In this document: positions 50,780 through 61,277 of the stretch, piece by piece
Layout: each line of letters starts with the position of its first letter
Numbering within the stretch: position 1 is the first letter of the stretch
Source: Mobula hypostoma
Taxonomy: Eukaryota
DNA length: 64,000 bases
NCBI RefSeq assembly: GCF_963921235.1
Contig: NC_086097.1
Location: 76,510,001-76,574,000 of the forward strand
Direction: 5' to 3'
Translations under genes and position numbers: made by a program
Notes under the pieces: model-generated
What the model was told of the DNA's origin: nothing
What the model saw: the letters and a program-made list of their open reading frames with translations, nothing else
The model's database searches: none

Positions 50780-51708
50780 AAATGCTGAAGATCCTGAAAG
50801 CTTACGGAGTGCCAGACCATCTACTGAGAGCAACAGAGTCCAGCTACAGCAAAACCATGGTGAAAGTTGTATCACAAGATGGAGAAACAGCTGTGTTCGA
50901 GCTCCTAGCTGGTGTGCTGCAAGGAGACACTCTGGCATCCTACGTCTTTATAATCGTCCTTGATTACGCTCTGCGTCAAGCTACCAAAGATCATGACAAG
51001 TTTGGTTTTAACATAAAACCAGGAAGAACCAAAAGGCTCAGACCAGTTAAGCTCACAGATCTCGATTTTGCAGATGACATAGTCCTGCTCTCTGACCAGA
51101 TGGAGGAAGCACAGCAGCTAGCAACAAAAGTGGAAATTGAGTCCAATAAAGTTGGACTTCACCTAAACACTAAAAAGACAGGGTACATGGCATTTAATTG
51201 TGACAAAGGTACTCTCAAGACCGTAAAGAATGATACCATTAAGAAAGTCTTTGACTACAAGTACCTCGGGTCAAGCATGATGAGTTTGGAGAAGGACATA
51301 AAGATATGGAAGGTACTGGCGTGGAGGGCCATGAACGATATGAAGGAAATCTGAACGTTGAACCTGACCAGAGGGCTTAAAAAGAGGATTTTCATAGCAG
51401 TCATAGAGTCCATTCTCATGTACGGATGCAAGACGTGGACACTCACCAAGACTATGCGAACGTCTCTAGATGGTTGCTATACACGAATGCTCTGGATGGC
51501 TCTTGACATGAGTTGGCAACAGCACATGACGAACACCGAACTCTATAACGACCTACCAATGCTCACCACTAAAATCGAGGCGAGAAGACTGCAACTAGCA
51601 AGGCACTGTCTACACCACCCCGAGCTACCTGCCAACCTGGTCATCATATGGGAGCCCAAGCATGAGAGGATGAACGCTGGGCACCCTCCCAAGACTATGG
51701 TCAACTAG
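50780..51708 (+). mobile_element. RTE/RTEX-type LINE RT fragment, single in-frame stop
   Basis: MLKILKAYGVP...GVLQGDTLASYVFIIVLDY...LTDLDFADDIVLL...YKYLGS...ESILMYGCKTWTLTK; ORFs 50782-51354 and 51358-51708 share one frame. Confidence 0.9.
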
Positions 51709-51989
51709 GGGGCATATACTTAGGGTGAGAGGGGCCAGATTTAAAAGGGACCCGATGGGCAAATTTTCCACAAAGAGGGTGATAGGTATATAGACTGATC
51801 TGACAGAACAACTAGCTGAAGCAGGTACTATACCATCATTGAAGAGGCACTAGGATAGGTACATGGCGGGGATGGGGCTGAAAGGGATGTTGGGACTAGC
51901 AGAGTGTGCACCATGGTCAGCCTGGAATGGTTGGACAAAAACATGTTGTATTGCTCTATGACAGATCAGGCATGTCAGAAACAATCTGG

Positions 51990-52676
51990 CAAGTCTGACA
52001 CAAAGCTGGGTGGCAGTGTGAAATGTGAGGAGGATGTTATGAGAGTGCAGGGTGACTTGGACAGGTTGGGTGAGCGGGCAGATGCATGGCAGATACAGTT
52101 TAATGTGGATAAGTGTGAGGTTATCCACTTTGGTGGCAAGAACAGGAAGGCAGATTACTATCTGAATGGTGTCAAGTTAGGAAAAGGGGAAGTACAATGA
52201 GATCTAGGTGTCCTTGTTCATCAGTCACTGAAAGTAAGCATGCAGGTACAGCTGGCAGTGAAGAAAGCTAATGGCATGCTGGCCTTCATAATAAGGGGAA
52301 TTGAGTATAGGAGCAAAGAGGTCCTTCTGCATTTGTACAGGGCTCTGGTGAGACCACACCTGGAGTATTGTGTACAGTTTTGGTCTCCAAATTTGAGGAA
52401 GGACATTCTAGCTATTGAGGGAGTGCAGCGTAGGTTCACGAGGTTAATTCCCAGGATGGCGGGACTGTTATATGTTGAAAGATTGGAGCGACTAGGGTTG
52501 TATACACTGGAATTTAGAAGGATGAGAGGGGATCTGATTGAAACATATAAGATTATTAAGGGATTGGACACGCTAGAGGCAGGAAACATGTTCCCGATGT
52601 TGGGGGAGTCCAGAACCAGAGGCCACAGTTTAAGAATGAGGGGTAGACAATTTAGAATGGAGTTGAGGAAAAACTT
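51990..52676 (+). mobile_element. Young CR1 RT C-terminal fragment
   Basis: WQIQFNVDKCEVIHFG, LVRPHLEYCVQFWSPNLRKDI, RRMRGDLIETYKII. Confidence 0.93.
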
Positions 52677-53464
52677 ATCACTACATCCCACAATGACAAG
52701 AATATCCCCTACTTTAAAGTAAGATAACCAGAAATTATCTATATTTTCCAGACCTCATAAAGGCTTTACCAAAATTTTAAATATCTTTATCCTTTCACTG
52801 CTAGAGATTTTAATAAAAGGCCAACATACCACTTGACTTCTTAAATACCTGCTGCATTACCATGCTGGTTTTCAGTGATTTCAGCCACGTATCTGTGAAC
52901 ATCAAGATTGTCCAATCTCTTACATTTTAAAATAACTGGTTTTCACTGAAGTGCGTAATTTCACGAACACTATACTTGTCCTGCAAAATTATACATTTGT
53001 TCACTTAATTTTGTTTCGATTTCTTCCTAATTTGTTATGTTCACTTGTTTTGTTGCTAAGACATTATCTCCTTCCAATTACAAGTTATGAAGGTAATTGA
53101 ATGTTTACTGTTCCTGTGCAAATTTACATTGGATAACTAGTTTAATTACTTAAATTTTAAAAAATCAGTTCTTTCAAAAGCCACAAGATACTTTCTATGG
53201 AAGCTGTTAACTCTAAGAAGGCCGAGAAGATAGATTTTAAATCTACTATTTGATTCTTATAAAACAGAACATTCTCAAGTCTTAAGAGTTTAGATCAGTC
53301 ACTGGAAAACAACTATTTGAAACAAATTCTTTATTTCCCACACATAAAAATCCACCTGAATTGAAAATAATATTATCTGGAGTAGATTATATTTACAACT
53401 GTTGAATTTTACATTGACATGCTGACAGTTCTGTGCACTATTACAGCAGCCACCCACATTAGTA

Positions 53465-53618
53465 CAGGTCGACCTTCACTAATCCAGCACCACTGGGACC
53501 TGAGGAGTGCCGGATTAGTGAAAATGCTGAATTACAGAAGGATCACATTAAGCATAATCAGTGCCGGATTATCGAAGGAACCGGATTACAGGTAGTCAGA
53601 TTAGTGAAGGTTGACCTG
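53465..53618. mobile_element. 154 bp Tc1/mariner (pogo/Tigger-like) MITE
   Basis: TA|caggtcgaccttcactaatc ... gattagtgaaggttgacctg|TA; internal repeated ccggatta motif. Confidence 0.88.
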
Positions 53619-56597
53619 TACCAGCCAGTTTGAGACTTCTAAACACAGAAATTTTGTACTGTCAACATTGGTTAATTGGCCAATCACTGACTGTGCTCCA
53701 ACACTGAACTTCTTCAGATTTACTCATGGGAATTTTGTGAAGACTGGTGACAACGCACGATGTTGCAGGCACCAGCCCCAATGATGATCTGTGCCATGTT
53801 AACCAGGCTCATTACCATCAATGGAGTAAACAACTTCAAGGGCTGTGAGTAATTAAGCACTTTCTGATTTTTTAAAATTATTTTTGAGTTTCTTTAACAT
53901 GATTTTAAATGCTTGGAGTTTGTTTTCAGGAGTCACCTGATGAAACTTCAATAGCTTTGGACTTCTTCCATATTTCATTTTATCAGAAAAATATCAGTGT
54001 TATAGTTGGCTTAATTACTGACATCATTTAGGTTCACCATTTTTCATCAATTTTGTGGCCAGGTTTGCTTTGTCATTGTGTGTTTTCTCCAAAGTTTCTG
54101 GGGAGTGCAAGCCATAGCCCCAGCAGCACAACCCAGAGCAACAAATGGGCTTTCTACCGGTCAATTCTATCTGAGTGGGTGGATTGGAGATCTGTTTGGC
54201 TGAGGGAGGGGAAGCGGTAAGGGAGGGGTTTGGTGTGCTATGTAAAATGGCTGCTTGGAACTTGAAAAATCATTGCAAAGAGACCCATCCTGATAGGATT
54301 CCATTCATTTCCAACAGAAGATGCTGAAATACACCACAGATCAGGTAGCACCTGAAAATCAGTGACATTCAGATCAATGACCTTCCATCAGAAATTTTAA
54401 TTCTGCTTCTTTCACCACAGGTGTAGTCTGATCTACTGAGTATTTCCATCATTTTCTGTTCCTTGAAGCTTCCTCATCTATTGAAGTTGAGCCACTATTT
54501 ATACATTTCCAAATGAAAGATTTCAAATTTATTACAATCATTTTATATCACAGATAATGACAGTAATTTGATGAATTTTCAGTTTTTTCTTATCATTTTC
54601 AATTTCTGTTTACCTGTTCAAATGTTCCCATCTCATTTCTCAATGCTCATGCTAAATTTGAAATAAATAGTTGTATTCAGATGTGAACCATGTAGCCTAC
54701 AAAAGGGAGGAAGTATGCTTCTGACTCTCTTCTGGAAATGACAGGTATTGCAACAGAAAATGAAAATCTTATTGCATTTTAATTATCACTTATTTAGTTC
54801 CCTGAAGTGAAACAATTCTGAGAAATTTCAGTGTTGTGGAGATTCTACAGAAAACTATTCATATAGCAGTCAAGGTTTAAACAAGTTATTTCAGGTAATA
54901 ACTTCATACATGTTTAACACATTGGCAAATATATAGATGCTTTCAGCTTAACCCCAGCAACACACACACACACACACACACAATGCTGGAGGGACTCAAC
55001 AGGTCGAGCAGCATCCATAGAGAGGTATAAACAGATGATGTTCCTGGGTGAGACCTTTCATTAGGAGTGGAAAGGGAAAGAGGCCAGAATAAGAAAGTCG
55101 GGAGGGGGAGGAGAGAAGTACAAGCTGACAAGTGCTGGTGAAAGGGGGAAGGTGGATGGTTGGGGAGGGGTTAATAAGTCAGACGCTGTCAGGTGGATGA
55201 AGTAGGAGATTCATAGTCTGTTGAGATCTAGATCTCTGGCATTCAAGTCCGGTCATCCAGGACTATGAAAGAAGGCCAGGGACGATGTACAGAGGGTTAT
55301 CTCAAGAGCAAAAGAACAATTCTAATTGAGGTTAGAAGCAGAATCCGAAGCACGTCAATTCTGGCAGAGTTTGCTCACCACATAGATATGGCCCTTGTGG
55401 CTAAAGGGATCAGGGGGTATGGAGGGAAGGCTGGTACAGGGTTCTGAGTTGGATGATCAGCCATAATCATACTGAATGGCAGTGGAGGCTCAAAGGGCCG
55501 AATGGCCTACTCCTGCACCTATTTTCTATGTTTCTATGTTTCTATTACATATGCCAGTGATATTAAATCTGATTGTGATGGACAAATGAGGAGGAGAGAA
55601 GAGGTAAGAGGGGAGCCAATGTGGGGAAAGGATGGATCAAAGGCGCTTGACAAGGCAGCCAGGTCTTACCGATGCAGACGAGGCCGCACAGTAAGCATCA
55701 GATGCAGTAGATTACCCTGAAAGACTCACTGAAGTGTTATCACTTGGAAGGACTATTCGGGGCCCTGAATGGTGGTGAGGGAGGAAAGATGGGGCAGATG
55801 TAGGGTTGTGCCAGAAGAGAAAACATTGGGGAAGGACAAGTGGACAAACGAGTTACTGAGAGAGCGATCCCTGTAGAAAGCAGAAAGTGGTGGTGGGGGG
55901 GGTGCGAGGGGGAAGAAGGAGTGGGAAGGAAAGATGTGCTCAGTGGTAGAATCCCATTGAAGGTAATAGAATTACAGATGGCTGGATATGAAGACTTAAG
56001 AGGTAGTAAGCAAAGATATGGGGAACTCTATGCCTGATATGGTGGCAGGAAGTTGGAAGATGGGGGATGTGTGGGGTATGGAGGAGATGCGGGTAACGGC
56101 AGCAACGATAATGGTGGAAGGTAAACAACGCTCTTTAAAGGAGAACATCTCAAATGTTCTGGAATGGAAAGTCTTATCCTGACAACAGCTGCAGCGGAGA
56201 TGGAGGAAATGAGAAAAGCCAAAGGCATTTTCACAAATTATATGGTGGGAAGAGGTATAGTCAAAACAGCTGTGAGAGTAACTAGGTTTATAAAGGTATC
56301 AGAAGATAGCCGGAGGCAAAGAAACTGAAAATGGCGAGCTCAGCCTGGGTGCAGTCAGTGCTATAGAAAAGAAAGAGTTGGGGAGCATTACCAGGGCAGA
56401 TTTGTAACATGGACTGTTCCTTATAGCCAACAAAAAGGCAGGCGTCTCTGGGGAAATATTGGGAGGAGCCAAAAATGAAATTGTTGACAGGGAGAACTAG
56501 TTCTGCCAGACAGAGGGGGGTGCTGATCGTGGGGAACTGGTTAGATTTTTTCCCTGAAAGAAGTGGAGAGCTTCAAGGCATTCCTGAAGGGGGATAT

Positions 56598-57425
56598 AGA
56601 TTAGATTATATTAGATTCAACTTTATTGTCATTGTGCCAAGTACAGATACAAAGCCAATGAAATGCAGTTAGCATCTGATCAGAAGTGCAAAGCATAGCG
56701 TTATTTACAAAATAACTGTGAATAAAAAGTAAGTACTACAGCACACAAATTAAAAGTACTGAGACAGTACAATATGGGTGCAATACTGCCTAACGCTGTG
56801 ATGTGAGGTTCAGCAGGGTCACAGCTTCAGGGAAGAAGCTCTTCCTGTGCCTGCTGGTGCAGGAGCGGAGGCTCCTGTAGTGCCTACCGGATGGGAGGAG
56901 GAGCAAAAAGTCCATGGTTAGGGTGAGATGCATCCTTGATAATGCTTTTTGCCCTGCCCAGGCAGCGTTTATGGTAAATGTTCTCAATGTTCTCAATTTT
57001 CACCCAGAGAGTGGTGGATATATGGAATGCTCTGCCCCAGAAGGCTGTGGAGGCCAAGTCTCTGGATGTTTTCAAAAAAGAGATGGATAGAGCTCTTAAA
57101 GATAGTGGAATCAAAGGTTATGGGGATAAGGCAGGAACTGGATACTGATAGTGGATGATCAGCCATTATCACAGTGAATGACGGTGCTGGCTCAAAGGGC
57201 CGAATGGCCTACTCCTGCATCTATTGTCTATTGGTGGGCAATTGGGTGCCGATAATCCGCTGGGCAGTTTTCACCACACGCTGGAGTGCTTTGCGGTCCA
57301 ATATGGGACAATTGCCATACCACACTGAGATGCAGTTGGTGCGTATGCTCTCAATAGTGCAGTGGCAAAAGTCCATCAGTATCCTGGGCTTTCTTGATGC
57401 TCCGCAGGAAATAAAGGTGCTGTTG
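56598..57425 (-). mobile_element. Rex1/Babar 3' fragment nested in the PLE
   Basis: FCHCTIESIRTNCISVWYGNC, LLLPSGRHYRSLRSCTSRHRKSFFPEAVTLLN; (aatct)n tail on the minus strand. Confidence 0.9.
56998..57232 (+). mobile_element. Young CR1 3' end nested in Rex1
   Basis: Near-identical to ~12378-12605; ctattgtctattg tail. Confidence 0.9.
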
Positions 57426-58234
57426 TCTATAGATGTATAGGGACTGGACATCATTTGTGAAAGTGAAGTATTCAGGGACAGAGCACTTAAAGTGATTGAA
57501 GTGTAAAGTGTCATGGACGTAGATGGGAACGAACTGAATCAAGGCCGACAAAATGAAGGCAAGGTATGCGGACACGAGTTCATTGGGGCAGGAGCAGGCA
57601 GAAACAATGGGCTTAGACAGACAGTCAAGTTTATAGATCTAGGGTAGGAGTTAGAAACAAGCAGTGCAGGCTAAGTGAACAGCGTGTGGGGGAATCTCCA
57701 GAGTTGATGAGGCTGGTGATGGTGCAGGAAAACAAATGGCACAATGCTCTTTCGGGGGGGGATCCGTTCTCAAGGGGCATTTAGAAGGATGTGTCTGAGT
57801 GTTGCTGCCTGGCCTCAGCAACACAGCAGTCATTCTACCAGTCTGCAGCAGCACCACTCTTGTCTGAGGGTTTGAAGGTGAGTTTGGGATTGGTGCAGAG
57901 AGAGCGAAGGGCAGGGCATTCCGAGGGGTAAGGTTCGAGGAGGGGAGAGGAGTGCTAAAGTCGAGACCGTTGACGTCTCGTCCATAGGTCGAGATGAAAA
58001 GGTCCAGAGCCGACAGATGACCAGAGTGAGGTGTCAAGAAGAGGAGGAGGTTTGACAAGCAGGTAATTGGCAGTGGGGTGCTAATGAAGTAGGCTTGGAG
58101 ATGGAGGTGACAAAAGAAGAATTTGGGTGTCATGGCAGGCACAGAGGTGCGTGCACAGGAGGACAAAGATAACGCCCTTGTCGAGAACAGAATGTTCCGC
58201 CTCAGAGTGGGAAGCGTCAGAGGGAATGGTTCAT

Positions 58235-58800
58235 AGCTCGAACTAAATTTATTATCAAAGTATATATGTTATCAAACACAACAATGAGATTCGTTTTCTT
58301 GCGGGCATACTCAATAATTTGAATAACCATTATAAAATCAATGAAAGATTGCACCAACCAGGTGGACAATCAGCGTGCAAAAGACAAAAAACTGTGTAAA
58401 TAAGAAAGAAATAATAATACATAAACAATAAACAGTGAGAACATGAGATGAAGAGACCTTGAAAGTGAGCCTATAGGTTGTCAGAACATTTCAGTGATGC
58501 GGCAAGTGAAGTTGAGTGAAATTATTCTGTCTGTTTCAGAGCCTGATGGTTGAGTGGGAATAACCATTCCTCAACCTGGTACTGTGAGACCTGAGGCTCT
58601 GGTACCTTCTTCCTGATGGCAACAGTGAGAAGAATGCATCTCCTGGGTGATGGGGGTGTCGGTGGCGGGGGGGGGGGGGTGCTTTACCAGTGATGGACTG
58701 GGCTGTATCCACTACTTTTTGTAAGATATTCCATCCAAGGGCATTGGTGTTTCCATACCAGGCTGTGGTGCAGCCAGTCAATCTCTCCAAGACAAATCTA
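58235..58800 (-). mobile_element. Rex1/Babar-type 3' end
   Basis: LTGCTTAWYGN...FSLLPSGRRYQSLRSHSTRLRN. Confidence 0.85.
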
Positions 58801-58801
58801 T

Positions 58802-58990
58802 TGTCATGGTCCGGTCCGTAAAGTCTGCATTCCGGTTCACGGTCCGGTCTGTTGGCTCTGGGTCTTCCGGCTGCCCCTTGTTTCAGTTGGGCTTAATCAT
58901 AGGCACCTGATGTTCATCTTGGGGCTGGGAATATGTAGCCCTGGGATAGCGTGTGGGGGCTGGGGCTGGGGCTCGGGCTCTGCCTGTGCC
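58802..58990. mobile_element. Possible partial LTR (Gypsy-like)
   Basis: Starts TGTCATGG, CpG-rich, with a cacctg motif; no closing CA, TSD or PBS seen. Confidence 0.35.
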
Positions 58991-61133
58991 TGCAGTGTTT
59001 TGCTTTGGACTTCTGCTGTTTTTTTTGGAGGATGATGGTGGTTGGCTAAACAACTAGACTGTGAATGGATGGAGGATGGCAGGAGGAAAAGACAATTCAA
59101 GAAGTGAGTTAGAGATGGAAGATGGCGGGAAACAGGAATGGAGTGTAAAGAGTAAGAAAAGAAAACAGAGGTATGAGCAGTCAAATTCTGAGGGGTCAAG
59201 GGATGATTGAAAAAGGATAGCAAAAGAGTGGAAAGAAGATTAGATTAAAGCAATTATAAAACTGAATGAAGACAGGGCATCTTTTGGGGATTGGAACCTG
59301 ATTCATTTGACAAAGGTAATCAACAAACTTGTAGGCAAAGTCAAAAGAGCCAAGGTATTACGAAATGGATTGCTATTAGTGATATGTTGGGATAGTGCTC
59401 AGCAAGGCAAAGTGATAAGATTAAATAAAATAGATGGCAAAAAAGTACAATGCTCAATACTTGACAATAGAAAGTGGACTAGAGGAGTTATTTCGGGGAT
59501 ACCAACAAAAGTTACTATGGATGAGATTAAACAGAACATCAAAGGAGCAAAGATTATTGAGGCCAAACTTTTGAAAGTTACAAGAGATGGAAAAAGGTGT
59601 GATAGTTTATCGGTGATGATTAACTTTGATGAAGAGAGATTTCCAACTAAAGTTTATTTAGGGTATATGTGTTATGAGGTCAGAATATATATACCACCGC
59701 CTTTAAGATGTTTTAAATGTCAGAAATTTGGGCATCTTGCAGCGGTCTGCAGAGCGGAACAAAGATGTGGGAGATGCGCTGGAGAACATGAATACCGGAA
59801 GTGTGAGGCGGGAGCTAGGCTGAAATATTGCAATTGTGGCGAGGAACACAATGCAGCTTATCGAGGGTGCATTATTAGCAAGAAGGCGTCTGAGATACAA
59901 CATGTTAAAGTAACTCAAGGGATTAGCTGAGGCAGTGAAATGTTTCGCTGAAAAGGAGAAAGCTATTAAGCAAACAAATACAGGGAATAATAAACCGGTG
60001 AACTGTGAGGGCTGAAATATGATAAATAAGGACACACTAATAATGAATATAAAAGACTTCGTACTGTTTATGGTAGATGCAATTAACTGTTCAGTGCAAA
60101 CAGACAAAAAGAATGGAAAAAATTAAAATTATAGTCAAGTCTGCAGAAAAATATCTTGGTATTACAGGGCTTAGGTAACTAAATCTTAATAAGAGTGAGC
60201 TTTTTCCATTAAATATGCAAGCTCCAATTCATAGACAATTACCATTTGAATTAATTACTGATTATTTCACTTATTTGGGTGTCAAAATTACTAAAAAATA
60301 TAAAGACCTATTTAAAGTTAACTTTCTACCTTTAATTGATCATGTTAAGCAATTGTTTACTAAATGGTCCCCACTGTCCTTATCATTGATTGGTCGAATT
60401 AATGCTATTAAAATGACTGTTTTACCTAAATTTCTGTGTTTATTTCAAATGGTACCATTTTTTATCTCTAAATCCTTTTTTGATATTATTGATTATAAAA
60501 TTTCTTCATATATATGGCAGAATAAAAATCCTAATTGAGTAAGAAATATCTACAGAAATCAAAAAAGGATGGTCGTTTAGCATTGCCGAATTTTAGATTT
60601 TATAATTGGGCAATGAAATTCTGATATTTAATGTTTTGGATGCAAGATTGGGATGAAACTCATTGTACACGACGGGTGAACCTGGAGGGTGAGTCTGTGC
60701 AGGGGTTCTCATTAGTTTCTATTTTAGGAGCTTCACTCCCCTTTGCATTAACCGAACTGAATAAACAAATAATTAATCTAATAATTAAACATACAATACG
60801 AATATAGTTTCAATTTTGCAAATTTTTTGGATTGAACGAATTTATTTTATCTAGTCCTATTATATCTAATTTTTTCTTTCAACCTTCTAGAATTGATCAA
60901 GCTTTTTCCTTATGGAAAGCAAGGGGAATAGCATGCTTTCGTGATTTATCCATGGATAATTGTTTCATGTCGTTTGAACAATTATCTAATAAGTAAGTTG
61001 CTTAGTTCACATTTTTTAGATATCTGCAGATTAGAAGTTTCTTGAATGGTATTTTACCTAACTTTCCAATATTTCATCCAACTAATATTACAGAAAAAAA
61101 TTTAGGTTTAAATCCCTATCAGAAGCACTTAAT

Positions 61134-61277
61134 GAACGCAGCAGGCCAGGCAGCATCTCTAGGAGGAGGTACAGTCGACGTTTCAGGCCGAAACCCTTCG
61201 TCAGGACTGCTGCGTTCACCAGCAACTTTGATGTGTGTTGCTTGAATTTCCAGCATCTGCAGAATTCCTCGTGTGTG
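61134..61277 (-). mobile_element. 144 bp PLE mini-element nested in L1
   Basis: 13 bp TSD agaagcacttaat / agaagcgcttaat (61121-61133 / 61278-61290); an inverted tail is joined to a sense terminal repeat that begins at the hammerhead. Confidence 0.9.
61172..61209 (-). ncRNA. Minimal type I hammerhead ribozyme motif, intact catalytic core
   Basis: Minus strand CAGTC-CTGACGA-agggtttcggcct-GAAAC-GTC-GACTG: stem I CAGTC/GACTG, CUGANGA and GAAA boxes, palindromic ACGT stem III, GUC cleavage triplet. Confidence 0.78.

Larger units (their letters stand above)
54955..58230 (-). mobile_element. Long fragmented Neptune-type PLE (N-terminal/RT remnants to 3' terminus)
   Basis: FFCHLHLQAYF, LSALDLFISTYGRDVNGLDFSTPLPSSNLTP, frameshifted KPxDKxGA and PIVSACSCP motifs, and a terminal repeat at 54955-55100; interrupted by Rex1 and CR1 pieces. 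Confidence 0.75.

Noticed and set aside
53719..53844. Plus-strand exon (cttcttcag ... gtgagt)
   Set aside because: All three frames contain stops and no partner exon was found.
58660..58680. Poly-G run, and the (CA)n tracts near 40340 and 54960
   Set aside because: Simple repeats within TE copies; nothing supports function.
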